64,000 nt of DNA from Octopus vulgaris (GCA_951406725.2 OX597826.1:83080001-83144000); one strand, 5' to 3'; counted from the stretch's first letter, positions 1 to 15,999 are shown. Numbers and translations: made by a program. Notes: a model not told the origin generated them from the letters alone.

Positions 1-96
<96 letters not shown>
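1..96 (+). repeat. (AAT)n microsatellite
   Basis: Perfect AAT repeat from the window start. Confidence 0.98.
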
Positions 97-97
<1 letters not shown>

Positions 98-577
98 GTG
101 GTATCATGTACATTGTTTTGTCTTTGTATAAAATATTCTGCTCAATACCACAGCTTTGCTTGTCAGTTGTTTGACTTTAACCAGTTGACCATGTCCTTTA
201 GTGGCTGACGATATGTGCATCTCTGATCACGAGCAGAAGTAGTGGAGAGCATCATAGCCGTGTGTTGAAAAGAATTCTTAGAGGTTTGGATAATTCGCCT
301 TTGGAAACATGGGTGGTTTATTCAACATCCTTAAACAATCATTATTCAGGGACCTTTTGAGCGGGGTAGGCTACTCGACCAGAAGAAAATTCTAAGTGGG
401 CCCCACCTGCAAGGTCATGAGTTATTTATCTTGATATGAGATCACCATGTCATGCACATATGGTTGTGATGCATGTGTCTGGTGTACCCTTATCAGACGG
501 GAAGCCATGATGGGTATATTGGGCTTCGCATATTTTACCCCACTGTCACTTTGATAGCATGCACTACATTCTCACTC
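97..577 (+). mobile_element. Non-autonomous (AAT)n-inserted element, 5'-truncated copy
   Basis: Reverse complement of the copies at 15222-15777 etc.; ends ...CTCACTC|AATAAT; AAT repeats on both sides. Confidence 0.9.
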
Positions 578-603
578 AATAATAATAATAATAATAATAA
601 TAA

Positions 604-623
604 TAACCCTAACCCTAACCCTA
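604..623 (+). repeat. (TAACCC)3 telomere-type hexamers at a LINE 5' junction
   Basis: taaccctaaccctaaccc-ta between (AAT)n and the start of the R4/Dong fragment. Confidence 0.8.
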
Positions 624-1258
624 CCAGGCCAACATATTAGAGAACAGCAGTAGCCCAACATGTCGTGTATGTCAACAACAAAATGAAACCATTGATCATG
701 TTGCCTCCAAGTGCAATCTTCTTGCGCCCACAGAGTATCTCAACAGGCATGATAGAGCTGCACAATATATTCACTGGGTAATTTGCAGAAGCCTGGACTT
801 GCCCCATGATAAAACTGGTGGGAACACAAACTACCTCCAGTGCTTGAAAATGACCACATCTCACTCCTCTGGAACTTCACCATTCAAACTGACAGAAAGA
901 TAGATGCGAATAGGCCAGACATCATAGTAAAAGGCTTCAGACAAAAAACATGCCTCCTCATTGATATGACTGTCCCAATCGATATAAACGTATCTGTCAA
1001 GACCTACCAGAAACTGAGCAAATATAAAGATCTGGAAATAGAAATCAGCAAAATGTGGAACCTGAAGACTAAAACAATACCTGTTGTCATAGGCGCCATG
1101 GGAATAATAGCAAAAGTGGCTGATAGCTACCTAACTCAGATACCAGGAAACCCAAAAATGGCAGAAATTCAAAAGATAGTGCTCATGGGAACTGCTCATA
1201 TCCTACGCAAAATACTTTCTTTGTAATCTCAAGTTTTAAAACAAACATAATTTTTGTA
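621..1258 (+). mobile_element. R4/Dong-type non-LTR retrotransposon 3' fragment (CCHC + RLE endonuclease)
   Basis: Reads YQANILE..CRVC..ETIDHV..C..RHD..., then ORF 840-1226 LWNFTIQTDRKIDANRPDII..IDMTVP..KLSKYKDL..PVVIGAMG; PD-(D/E)xK-type RLE motif. Confidence 0.9.
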
Positions 1259-1912
1259 TGGTTAAGGAAGAGATGAAAAGCCCAGAAGAAGAGCAAAGAA
1301 GATTGGCTAGAAAAACCGATGCATGGCCGATACCCATGTAGAGTGAACAAACCAGACGTAGAAAAACGAGACACTCATGTATGGATTAAGAACTCAGGAC
1401 TGAAGGCCGAAACCGAAGGTTTTATCATAGCAGCACAAGATCAAAGCTTGGCAACCAGGGCTTACCACAACAAAATAATGAACGATGGCACTGACCCGAA
1501 ATGCAGAATGTGCCATGGGCAGGATGAAACAGTGGACCACATCTTAACTGGATGCCCAGCACTTGCAAAAGCTGAATATATTCATAGACACGATAGAGTA
1601 GCGCAATATATCCATTGGAAGATATGTAAACACTACCAGCTTCCAACTTCAGAAAGATGGTACCAGCATAAACCTGAAGCTGTGACTGGAAAAGATGATG
1701 TAACAGTAATCTGGGACATGCCAACCAACAGCGATAAAGAAACCAAGGCAAACAGGCCGGACATAATCATCAAAGATGTGAAGAATAAAAAATGCTTACT
1801 GACATATGTGACAGTACCATCAGAGAGAAGTGTGTCTATTAAAGAAATTGAGAAGTTATTTAAGTACAAAAACCTAGAAATAGAAGTGACCAAGATGTGA
1901 GGAATTAAAAGC
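1259..1912 (+). mobile_element. R4/Dong-type retrotransposon fragment, second subfamily
   Basis: ORF 1319-1900: ETEGFIIAAQDQ..CRMC..ETVDHILTGC..RHD..NRPDII..KYKNLEIE; 3' end missing. Confidence 0.9.
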
Positions 1913-1929
1913 AGCACAGCACCAGCGGC

Positions 1930-3157
1930 GACTCCTAGTCTAACCCAGAGACCTCAAGAGTCAACAAGTTAGAAGTTCATGTTGGTGTTATGTCTAGGGT
2001 GTCATATATTTGGTTTTGCACATAGTATTGTTCTAGAGAATGTTTAAGTAAACAACAAAATATGAGTTTATTTTTAAAATTTGAGATTAATAGACAGTAT
2101 TTTACGCAGGATATGGGCAGTTCCCATGAGCACTATCTTTAGAATTTCTGCCATTTTGGGGTTTCCTGGTATCTGAGCTAGGTAGCAATCAGCCCATTCC
2201 CATGGCACCTATGACAACAGGTATTATTTTAGTCTTCAGGTTCCACAGTTTGCTGATTTCTGTTTAAAGATCTTTATAATTGCTCAGTTTCTGGTAGGTC
2301 TTGACAGATACGTTTATATCGATTGGGACAGTCATATCAATGAGGAGGCATGTTTTTTGTCTGAAGTCTTTCAATATAATGTCTGGCCTTTTCGCATCTA
2401 TCTTTCTGTCCGTTTGAACGGTAAAATTCCAGAGGTGTGAAATGTGATCATTTTCAAGCACTGGAGGTGGTTTGTATTCCTACCAGTTTTTATCATGGGG
2501 CAAGTCCAGGCTTTTGCAAATTACCCAGTGAATATATTGTGCAGCTCTATCATGCCTGTTGAGATACTCTGTAGGCGCTAGAAGACTGCACTTGGAGATA
2601 ACATGATCAATGGTTTCATTTTGTTGTTGATGTACACGACATGTTGGGCTACTGCCGTTCTTTAATATGTTGGTCTAGTAGTTCCTTGTAGGTAGGCATT
2701 GATCTTGGGCTTCTTTGATAAACTCTTCTGTTTCTGATTTTAATCTAGAAGATACTAACTATTGATGTTAGTCGACATCGGCACTCTTAGCTCTCTTTTG
2801 ATATTTACGATTGAGAGGTTTTTCTCTCCATTTATTTTTTGCACAGGTTTTCATTCGTTTCGCTTTTACTCTGTTTGTTTCCAGTATGTCTAATTTTAGG
2901 ATTTGTTGAATTTGGAATTCCCTTGGATATTTGTTTTCCTGTTTTGTTACTGAGTATGATACTTTCCTGTTTTCATGCTTTAAGACAAGTTTTCACATCT
3001 AGTCATCAGTTTTTCATGTAGGTGTTTAGGCCAATTGTGGCAATCTTCATTGTTAATTCCAGTTGTAAAAGTCCACAGCCACCCTCTTTTCTTGCTAGGT
3101 AAAGTCATTCTATATCTACCTTAGGGCGGTGCATTCTATGCATTATCAACAATTTTC

Positions 3158-3160
<3 letters not shown>
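1930..3160 (-). mobile_element. R4/Dong-type retrotransposon fragment, same subfamily as 621-1258, degraded
   Basis: ORF 2264-2461 nearly identical to 840-1226; upstream HRMHRPKVDIE*LYLARKEGG motif; 5' junction in (AAT)n. Confidence 0.88.
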
Positions 3161-3237
<77 letters not shown>

Positions 3238-3244
3238 GTTATCA

Positions 3245-3303
<59 letters not shown>

Positions 3304-3310
3304 GTTATCA

Positions 3311-3390
<80 letters not shown>

Positions 3391-3399
3391 GTTATTATT
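3160..3399 (+). repeat. (ATT)n microsatellite
   Basis: Long ATT tract with rare ATC/GTT interruptions. Confidence 0.97.
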
Positions 3400-3874
3400 G
3401 AGGGAGGGAGGGCAATGCCGTCTATCAAAGTGACTCTGGGGTACAACTGTACGAAGTCCAGTATATCCATCATGACTACCCGTCTGATAAGGGTATATCA
3501 AGCACATGTATCACAACCATATGCGCGCTACTTGGTGACTCATGTCAATATAAACAGCAGATGACCTTGCAGGTGGGGCCTAGTTAGAATTTACTTCAGG
3601 TCGAGTAGTCCATCCCGTTCAAAAGGTCCCTGAATAAGATTTGTTTAAGGACGATGAAGAAAACACCCATCTTTCCAAAGGTGAACTATTCAAACCCCAA
3701 AGAATCCCTCTCAACACATGGTTATGATGCTCCCCCTCTACTACTTCTGCTCATTATCAGAGATGCACAAATCGTCAGCCACTAAGGGACATTCTTAGCT
3801 GGTTTATGGTCAAACAACTGACAAGCAAATCTGTAGTATTGAGCAGAATATTTGCTGTAGCCCATCTTTTATAC
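3400..3874 (-). mobile_element. Non-autonomous (AAT)n-inserted element, older diverged 5'-truncated copy
   Basis: Colinear with 16000-16480 with scattered substitutions; flanked by ATT repeats. Confidence 0.88.
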
Positions 3875-6800
3875 TATTATTATTATTATTATTAGTATTA
3901 CTATTATTGTTATTATTATTATCATTATCCTTACAACTACTTTTGCTGCTGCTGCTCCTGCTGCTGGTTTACAATTCCAAATCGATCATATGGTTTTACA
4001 GAATTATATTAGCGCTTGAGAGAATTACGTGTCAGTTTCTAATATAACAACGTTGCAATAATAATCTATCTTGCTGTGGTAACAGTTTTGAAATTGGACC
4101 TATTAGAAGAAGCGACATTTTCAATAAAATAAATAAACAAATCACTTAGAACTGCGGCAATGAATTTGCAAGTAAAACAGAAGAGTTTTAGAAAAGTATT
4201 ATTTATGGCTTAAATTTTCTTACAATTTCACCAACAAAATGACGTGTACGTCTCGAAATATGGCAAGGATGGTAATAAACCAATCGTTAGTTTAGCCATG
4301 AAATGTTTTCCCGAAATTTAGTAAAATTTCTAACAAACTAAAATCTAACGGAAGTGTAACGAACAAAACAGAGACTAAAACGGTTTGTTTAATATCCGTG
4401 GTTGTGATGAGGAAATGTTGGTTTAGAATTATTTCGAAAGCTAAATGTCTCACAAATAAGTTTGATAAGCCAGGGTTGCACGTAATGTTATTGAATGACT
4501 GAAACCTGCCAATACAATCGTATTTAGGATAAATCATGGCTGAAAGAAATAACTGCAGCATTCCCTCATAAAAATTCTCAGTGTCTTGAAATGGTAAGGT
4601 CTTATAAGATAATACAAATTTAGATAGCACACTCACGGACAAGAGGATCATGGCCGGAATGCCTTTCTTAGTAAGTTTGCATAAGGGAGGATGATTTACT
4701 GCTGAAAAAAGCAGCTAAGCAAAAGCCCAGTCTTCTAAATGAATGTTCGGTTTACTAAACATAGGAGCTAAATTTTCCTTTACTGCCTTCTACTGTTAAG
4801 GTAAATTCTGCAGATTTCTAGTACTCGATGCTATATGTAAAGCGTTTTCCTTTAATAACCATATATTTTTCATTAATATTGGAATGTTATGTTCCTCCTG
4901 GGTATTAAATGGCGGCTTGTTGAAGGGCCTTCCGTTACGCTTATATATTTCTGTATATTCGTCGCCCCACTGGAATCCTTCAAGACTATCTCCGGCTCAT
5001 ACACGATGGTCTTTCCATTGCATTAACACATTAGTGGCCATGTGGTGTTACCTTTGATGAGCAACCTACCTCTCCATGAGGGAGATAAAATTTTCTTCAT
5101 GTTAGATGCACAGCTAAAAGAGACCCTCAAGGTATGATTAAAGTTTTCCTGTACCAATATTTCTCTGAAAAATTCTTAACCCCTAAACTGAGGAAGGTCC
5201 TATCTATACAAGTGTTAACATTCAGAGAAAGTGGAGTGCTGACATACGTCCTTGTGGTGACAGGATGACAGAACACTGAATAAAACTGATCTCGGCATCT
5301 AATTATTATGTTTCTTGATATTGTGAGCTCAGATTTGATCGGAGGGGATAGACTTTGCCCTTAATCCTTTTGGATTCAGTAGGATATAAACCAGTGCTGT
5401 ATCGAGCCTGATTGATTGATTCCGTCACTCAATATTCATAACCTTCAGCAAATGTTAGAAATCAATACTTTTGGTATTTTTCGATTTGGCAAAATACCTT
5501 ATTTCGAAAGTAGTTGGTTACAAAGAAAAGAGTAACAGCTCGAGGAAGTAGAAGAGGTTTGTGTTGTCCACTTTTAAGTATAAATAAGTGAGTTATCCAG
5601 ATTGTAATCACAATATTTGCTTCTGTGCAGAACCGACGATCCTCGTATAAATATTACAAACTTAAAGTTATTTCAATAAATAAGACAACTCAGCTCGAAT
5701 TAATGTTTGCTTCTGAATCTGCGGAAGCAGGCCTGAAAACTATTGCGACCAGATTATAATACAAGAGCGGAATTATTATTAAATTTACCATTTTGATGAA
5801 TGTATAGTACTCACATAACACACCTAAAATGTAAGTATCTCATATAAATGGTTCGATGCCAGTGAGTGGATAGATAATGTTTCGATCTTAAGAATGAGAG
5901 GAAAGAAGAAGATCTAAGAAAAAGTTGAAAACAACGGAAAACTTTAAGAAAATATAATCTGATGTTTTAAAGCATTATCCATCTCAAACGCCCGAAAGAG
6001 CATTTTAATTGAATTCTCTTGAGCAGAAAGAAAAGCAATTATTGCAAGAGAAGGAGACTCTAGTTAACAAAATCTCTTTTAGTAATCTTGGTGCTTCCTT
6101 GCAGTTCTGACATCTGAGGTAGGAAAACAAAGTCCAGCTTAACAGGCGTACAACTTGGAATTGTCTTTCATCCTTTTCGAAGATCGATAGAATACAGTTT
6201 CGGTTAAGTATTGAGATTGATTTAATCTCCTCTGAGATTCTGATTCATTCCAAATTTTGAGTCATGTGACTATTTCAAAAATCAATAGAATTGGTAAAGC
6301 TCAAAATTAAGCTTCGATAAAGTGAAAGTGTAGACGGATGTTTGATGGTTTAGTGACATAAAGTATACAAACAGATGACACTTCTCATGCACTTTGAAAT
6401 AACAATCGAGGAAGGAGAAGGAAAAACACAACCTCCGACGGGGAAGTCAGATTTGTGGGACGGTTCAGAATGAAGCGGCTGAGTATCTGAAACCGATATA
6501 TTTTTGTGGATTCCATTCGACTTTAATACGTTGACGTTCCCAGTCTTAAGCAAACAGACCTATAACTAAAATCAGCCAATTATTTTCAATACAAGTTTTC
6601 TTTCTCGGTCACATTACCCGTGCGTTCTTAAAATCACATTACACTTACGTTCTTAAGGCTGCAGGGTGTGATTTGAGACATATTTGATGGCTATTTTTAG
6701 CATGCCAGTGAGGCTAGAAAAAGCATCAACGATGGAATATTGTGGTAATTCTTAGGTCTGTCCAACCAGATCCTCCCAGATTGAACACATCTAAGATCAA

Positions 6801-7454
6801 AAATATCCTAGCTATATTAAACACTTATTTTACAGCCACATTATACTTTGGACCAGATTAACAAATTAATATCTATGATAAACATAACAGTCCTGAAATG
6901 TTTTAATCTAACTCTGAAATTGTACTGTTTTGTCTGATTTTCAATGAAAATATATCATCCTCCGTGAGTATGCGCGCGTGTATATATATATATATATGCA
7001 AACACATATACCATTCAGGCAGACAAATGGATAAATAGATAGATATAGAAAGTTGTTGATAAGAAAATTCACCAGTAGCGGCCATGCATCTAAGTGTCTA
7101 CACGAGAACTACGATATATATATGTGTGCGTGTGTGTGGGGGGGCGGTTCTGTGCTTACGTATTGTTTATGGTTCTGGGGAAAAACATAATTTAAGAGAA
7201 ACTACGCAATGCACCGAGTTGGAATGGATTCGTTCATCAAAAACTCCACAGATTCTTACAGGATTAGTCGACTTTCGTTCAGTTTCGTTTTAGTGCTATT
7301 TTTTTTTAAACATCCAATACAGAAAGAAACGATACTAGTCACATGAACAAACATATATATATATACACACACATATATACACTCATGCACACGCGCACAC
7401 AGATACACACACACATACACCCACACATACACACACACAAACATATATGTATAT

Positions 7455-7660
7455 TTAGTTGAAATTTATAGAAAAACAAAAGACAAAGAGAAGTGTATGA
7501 ACAACAAGCAAGTGCATTAGTTTGACGGTCGGGAAAATGAAAAAGTCTTTTACGTTTCGAACATACGCTCTTTGACAGAAAATAATAAGTGAAAATATAC
7601 AGAGAGAGAGAATGAAAAAGAACTTGTAGATGTCAGCGGTCCAGAAGTGAGTGGACAAGC
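7455..7660 (-). mobile_element. Penelope-type terminal repeat with degenerate minimal hammerhead
   Basis: Minus strand TTTT-CTGTCAAA-GAGC-GTAT-GTTC-GAAA-CG-TA-AAAG (7547-7582), followed by a tail related to 47811-47890 and (TA)n. Confidence 0.55.
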
Positions 7661-7699
7661 GAAAGTAGCACTTAACACATTTGGTAGAAGTTATATTTT

Positions 7700-8020
7700 T
7701 TTATAACTGGCATCATAAGACACTCCATACGCATGAGAACGAATATTTTTAATAGAAGGTATACACATCATATGCATTGGCTCTGAAGTAGAGATAAGCA
7801 AAACTTTACCTCCGTATCTCATTTTATCAAGAGACTTCTCGACCTCCTGAATGATTCTCCTAACATCGAATAGAGTATTATTGAGAGGGCTCCACCCTAC
7901 TCATCTGGAGGCCGCATTTGCCAGCTCTGCCTCCACAAACGACTTATATTTTAACTATCTTGCAGTATCCATCAACTAGAAAAAAGGCTTGTCTTACTGT
8001 TGCCACCCAGAGCTGCCCCA
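7700..8020 (+). pseudogene. Penelope-like GIY-YIG endonuclease remnant
   Basis: Manual translation from 7751: NRRYTHHMHWL*SRDKQNFTSVSHFI..PNIE*SIIERAPPYSSGGRICQLCLHKRL, matching the PLE pattern RY.NH..T.LS..I.W.II..PY..C.LC. Confidence 0.7.
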
Positions 8021-8499
8021 CCTCTTGTGAACTTCAAGCCGCTGGCCATTGACAGCCTAGATATATCACCTTACGAATGGTAACCCCAAAAGCAAGGGCA
8101 AGGTAATGAACCTCCAATGCACCCACGGACCTGATCCACCCAGACTTTCCAGTGTTATGTATTTTCGGTAGTTTTTCATGATTCGAGTATGTATGCGCGT
8201 ACATGTATGTACAGGCATGTATAAGCGTGTATATAGCTCCCTTTCCTTCTTCCCTCGCACACCCAAATCATAATCCAATAACAAATCCAGCACCCCTATG
8301 GTGCTGTTGTCACCATGTGGCAACAAACACATCACAGCACCACATCAGTGCACACACACATACGCAAACACCAATCTCATATGTGTTCGCACAAGAACAC
8401 ACCACAAACGTAGCCACAGACGTGCAAATACCAGAAGTACGCATATACATACACACCCGATGTAAACATATATACATTGATTCATGCAGATTTGCACAC

Positions 8500-8937
8500 T
8501 TCATTGCACGCATACATACATACATACATACACACATACATACATACATACGTACATACATACATACATATACACTCACAAGTACAGCAAATACAGATTC
8601 TCATATACACACATAACAAGCATACATACACAGACATAGTAGGTGCTAACGCACATATATGCACACACGCCCAAATACATACACCGAAGTGCACACGCAC
8701 ATGCGCACTAGCGAGCTGAATGCATTTAACTCTTTCACATACACACACACACACACACATACGGATTCTTGCATACGCACCAGATACGTACAGTCACGCA
8801 CTCATTTAGCAGGTGCACAGCAGCGAACTGCTGTCGCTAACAATTCTCACTTCATTACCCAGAAGTCTGTTTTGTGTATGTGTATGTGTGAGTGTGTATG
8901 TGTATGAGTGTGTGTGTGAGAGAGAGAGAGAGTGTGC

Positions 8938-8974
<37 letters not shown>

Positions 8975-9040
8975 TGCGTGTGTGTGTGTGTATGTGTGTG
9001 TGTGTGTGTATGTGTGTGTGTGTGTGTCTGTGTCTGTGCG
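8500..9040. repeat. Compound (CATA)n/(CA)n/(TG)n/(AG)n microsatellites
   Basis: Direct inspection. Confidence 0.9.
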
Positions 9041-9484
9041 TTTGATAACGAATGACCGACTTCATAGGACAGCAAACTGTCAACTGAGACATCGGTGGTT
9101 CAGACACATTCACTGCTCTGCATTGTATGTTTGACAAACGGTCAAACGGTTCAGATAATGTATCAGTAGAGTAGATAGAAAAAAGGTGTGGATTGACTTC
9201 AAAAAGCCAATCACCTGATGTATAACGATGCTTTACCAACGACCTCATTAAGCCGTGGCACAGGTACGAAGCTTTGGGCCGAGACACAATAACGCTGTCC
9301 TCTTTGTTTTGTTTTTGTATTTTGCTTTTGCTTAATCAGAAGCAGTGCGTAGGGCGAACGCTAACTATTGACGACCTCCCAGCCAGAGACGGCTCTCGTG
9401 AGTCAATCTAATAAGGATAGAAAATACATACATACGTACGTTCACATATGTATGTGTGTGTGCACGCATATGTGTGTGTGTGTG

Positions 9485-9568
<84 letters not shown>

Positions 9569-9674
9569 GATATACACATGCTTACATATATATCTTTATA
9601 CGTTTATACATATATGATTATTTCCCATTAGTTATGAAGTGCTTGACCTTGATAATCGTCTACTTTGTAAAGGG

Positions 9675-10532
<858 letters not shown>

Positions 10533-13500
10533 AAATATGGATACATACATATTGGTATGTACGCTGGAAAATCCTCATAAATACATATATATAAGTTTTG
10601 TATGTATACATAAATATATATATACTTAGAAGGATATATACTCACACACGCTCACAACGCAAACACAAGCACATGCATATATGTATCTAATACGTATATG
10701 TGTGTTTGCGCATGTGTATATGTATATGTATATGTGTGTGTGTGGGTGTGTGTGCGCGTATTTGCTCTTTGCATTAGCTTATCTGTCTTAGCCTAAAAAG
10801 CCTCACTGTGTGATGAATAGCTGTGCTGCCAAGCTCATACAACTGTAAATCATTTTATCTTGTCTGAAGCTATATCATATGTTCTCTTTGATCGAGTTCT
10901 TTGATGCTTACTTTAAAAGTAACCTTTATAATACTGTACTCAAATGAATATAAGTTAATTTAGTTTAGTGAATGCTTCAATGAGTACTCTTTGCTAGATG
11001 AGAACTTTTAGTTCTATATGTTTTCCTTAATCTCTCTTGACTTCTGTTTACATGTGTCCGACACCAACAAGCTATTCATTCTATTGCCTCAAGCAGGATT
11101 CAGCTTAATTCGAAATTAATTCTTATAATACGCATTTATACATTAATAAAAAAAAAGTAAACCTATGATATTTTCTACAAGATTGATTTCCAACCAAAAA
11201 TGGTGTCTTACTCCTTAGATGAATGCTGCAGAACAAACCAGAAAATGGCGTGCACTTCTGAAGTTAACTGTCTATAAAAATCGATTTTTTTTTCTATTGA
11301 GTTGTATAAACACTGGTTATTTTTAGAGTCTGCAGAATTTCTTGAAGGTTTACAAGCCAAGAAGCTATGTGATTATCGTGAAAATATAACTGATACCACA
11401 TGGATTCCGACATTTTTACGCATTAAGAAGGAAACAAGAGTATTCATTCGGTCGATTATATGTGTGCGTTTGTGTATCTATAATTTTTAATTTTTCGAAT
11501 CTTTCATTTATTTAGTTTCATGTTCCAGAATATTAAAATTTAAAAATGAAACAAATATGGTAAAAGAAGTATTCATTTTTAAATAATGGAATGTTAGGAA
11601 TTTGCATAAAATAGCGGAATGCTTGACTAAAAGGTTTACTCTCACTGCAGATTCGTGGTACCGACTGTCAGAAACGCCGTAGCGTCAGGTTGGAATGGGC
11701 TTCCGGTGCATTGGTTTGTAAACTTGGTTTCGATTCCTGATTGATGTCATTCAAAGAAATAAAAAGAACGAAAGGAAATTACCTTACTTCTTTCTGCCTT
11801 TCCAGAAAAGCATGATTATCACAACTTCCTATTTACCTTAATCTTAGCTATATCTAAATCGTTTATTTCATTTTATTTCTACACCACTCCTGTCAATTGT
11901 CAGAATCCTGTTTGCACTACATAAATGTCCTGAAAGGAAAAATACGTTACACAGTGTATAATGAAGGCTAACTTATCGCCTGTGATAACCAAAATGGAAT
12001 CTCGACTCCGCTGGGGATATTATCCAATCACTCGCCAATTAATACAATATATTTTATTGATGTTATTGATGCCGTCATTGTTGTTGCTGTTATTATTGTT
12101 GCTTTGTTCCAAGTCAACGCTTACCGAGTGGGCCAAATATCAAAATTGTTTACCCCGGAACCATTCTCTATTTTAGGCTAACTAAGCATATATTATCCAG
12201 CGCATCCTTTCCCTTGTCCCTTTGGCACTTTGCAACCATCTAACAACTCGAGCGACCACGTTGAGTCTCCTTAGTTTTTACTTGTTCATTGGTTTCTGTT
12301 GTTATCAAATGTGAATTTTATATGAAAAGGAAGATGTATAGTCCTTGAATACATATCAACGACACTTTCTACGGCCAATAAACCCGCTCAATATTTTCCA
12401 AGACAGCTGCGACTTTCAACTAATCAAAGATATGTTTAAAGGTAGAATCATATCACGAAAAATAGGATTGAATTCTTATAATTATATTACATCTGTTAGT
12501 CAGCTACGGTTGTTCATTTAACCCCATTGGTCTTTATGAAATAAAACAGTAATTATATTTTCTAGAATAGAAACAAGAAGTTATTGCAAATAAGCGGTGC
12601 CAGACATATTTAACCAACTGAAATAGATAGGATATTAATGGATTAACAAAGAAATGGTATACGAAATACACCAGATGTTAATTCTTCACATTCTAAGTCT
12701 TGTCTTGAAAGTATAGAGTTATTGTATGTTTGCATTTGTCTTTTAGCTTCGATTCCTTCTGCGGCCGTTGTTGGTATCTTATGTTTTAATTTATGCATTG
12801 TTCAAGATTAGATTCAAACGAGGAACATTCAATTCTAGAGGAAGGATAATTACATCTTTATCGTAGTGGTGTTGTATATCTAAATATTGTCAATATACAA
12901 TCTAAAGATCCTCTACTTCAATAATGCCATGTACATCTATGACGCCTCATAGGAATATTAAACTGTCCCCAGTAATTTTCTGAACTTTATTCACCCTAGA
13001 TGGATGAAAGGCAAAGCTGATGTTGGCAGAATTGGAACTCATAATGCAAATGGTTAGGACTAAGTCAACCTCCTAAGATGAAATTAAAGTTCCGAAAAAT
13101 GATCGCCATAAAAGAAATGCCTTCACATTGAATTAGTCTTGTATGAAAGACAATGGATTGATTATGTCGGCGATATAAAATTCGATTTGGTCTTTAATAG
13201 TTAATTAAGGATAATATAGATAACGATGATAATAGACGACTTAAATATATAGCAAAACTTAATTTTGTCGTTGTGAGTTCAAATCCGGTTGGCATTTGAT
13301 GTCCTATGTTGTCTTTCATTTAAACCGTGACATAAGAACCGCGTAAGACCTTCTGATCGAATCAAGCGATTCTATATTTCCTCTTTCAGCATTAAATCTT
13401 CTGTCTTAATGAATAATCATTAATTAGTTAATTCAAGTAATGTATTTTTAGATGTACCTCTTTCATGCAAATATCATTTCCCCATTCATTTAATGCCACT

Positions 13501-13901
13501 GTTTCGTAATTGGTCGTTTACATATCTCTTTATTGATCCATTGATTCTTTTAGTTATTAATCTTCCGATCAATGTTGCTTAAGTATTTCTACTCCATTAA
13601 AATAAATCGATCGCCCGTACACTTGTAACAGACATCAGTGGCAACAATGGACATATTGCGTCTTGAATCTCAAAGACGTTGTCTCCATTCGAAATCCCAT
13701 TACATAAGGGTCTCTAATGGTGTCTAATGGCAAAAGGAAAACTGTTTCTTACTGACAGAACATTTACAGAAACTATTCGCGATTCTACTTGAAATCTAAG
13801 TCGATATAACATCATTTCTAATGATAAAATTCCATTTATTCCATTTATACGAAACAGTAAAATGTTATGGTGCTATGCTGCTGCTGCTGTTGTGTGAGTG
13901 C

Positions 13902-14014
<113 letters not shown>

Positions 14015-15163
14015 CTTATAGTTTTCCTGTCTTTTTTTGTTTCGTCTTCCTCTGAATGCTTGGCTAAGATTAAAATCTTAAAAACTTTTCTTCCATATGG
14101 ATTCTTGATAGAGGAGAAATATTGTTGTCAGTCGACACATCACTTGAGATATTACATTAACCAAATGACAAGCTGATATATATCACAATTATCAATGCTT
14201 GCTAGATTACAGCTGTCAACACTGTAGAAATATTTCTGTAGAACTCAGCGAAAATATTTGTTAAAAAAAATGAAATATAAGCAAGGGGATTATATTTGTG
14301 ATTCGTAGACGTATTTTATCGAGTCCTGCAGAATGAAAGATTTGTTGTTGGTGTTGTTCTTTGGTTAGTCCTAAATCAACCTTGAGCAAACATTAAATAA
14401 AAGCATTTCAACTATGACTATGCGTACCTAGGACTACATTGTCCAGTGTTTCCATCCTTGTTTAAGAAGGTGCTGCTTTCTTTGTCGGAAATATAGCTGC
14501 CATTTCTAAAAGATGGAGTACAAAGAGAGGCACCGCTCCATACTAAAACTCAAATGGTATTTGTACTCACAAGAGCAACTAGTAGCAAATACTATCATCA
14601 AAGAACTGTCCTTGAAACGACTGGAACTCATAAACTCTCAACACACCTCAAACAACCGCAGATTCCTGAAGGGGGGGGGGACGAGATGGGAAATTATGAC
14701 AACATTCATTGCCATATATTTAGGAAGATATAATTGAATATCTATGTCGATCTGTGTGTGTGAGTTTGTACGTGTGTGTGCACGCGCGCGTGTGTGTGTT
14801 TGTGTCTCTCTGCATGTATTAATTTAAGGCAATATGACCATAACCAAAACTACTACAAAGAGAGTAAAAAATTTAGTATAATGCAAAGATTATCTTTGCT
14901 AGAAACACGTGCATTAAATACTTTCATGCATACATGCATACATACATAGATGCATACATACATGTATACATACATACATATATGCATACATACATACATA
15001 CATACATGCATACATACATACATACGTGCCAAGGAGGCTTTTGTAATAGTTCTACTGGGCACTCTATTTCAATTTCCCTTATTCACCTTGATGCCATCTG
15101 ATATTGTTCCAAAGGACCCAACATCATCCATATCATTATTATTATTATTATTATTATTACTAC

Positions 15164-15196
<33 letters not shown>

Positions 15197-15221
15197 CATC
15201 ATCGTTATTATTATTACTATT

Positions 15222-15878
<657 letters not shown>

Positions 15879-15907
15879 CATCATCATCATTATTATTATT
15901 ATCACCA

Positions 15908-15950
<43 letters not shown>

Positions 15951-15967
15951 CATCATTATCATCATCA

Positions 15968-15999
<32 letters not shown>

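Noticed and set aside
3105-3507. Poly-I/Y/N/L ORFs here and at 15069-18598, 27353, 34634, 59495-60941
   Set aside because: Stop-free frames of (AAT)n tracts; no coding signal
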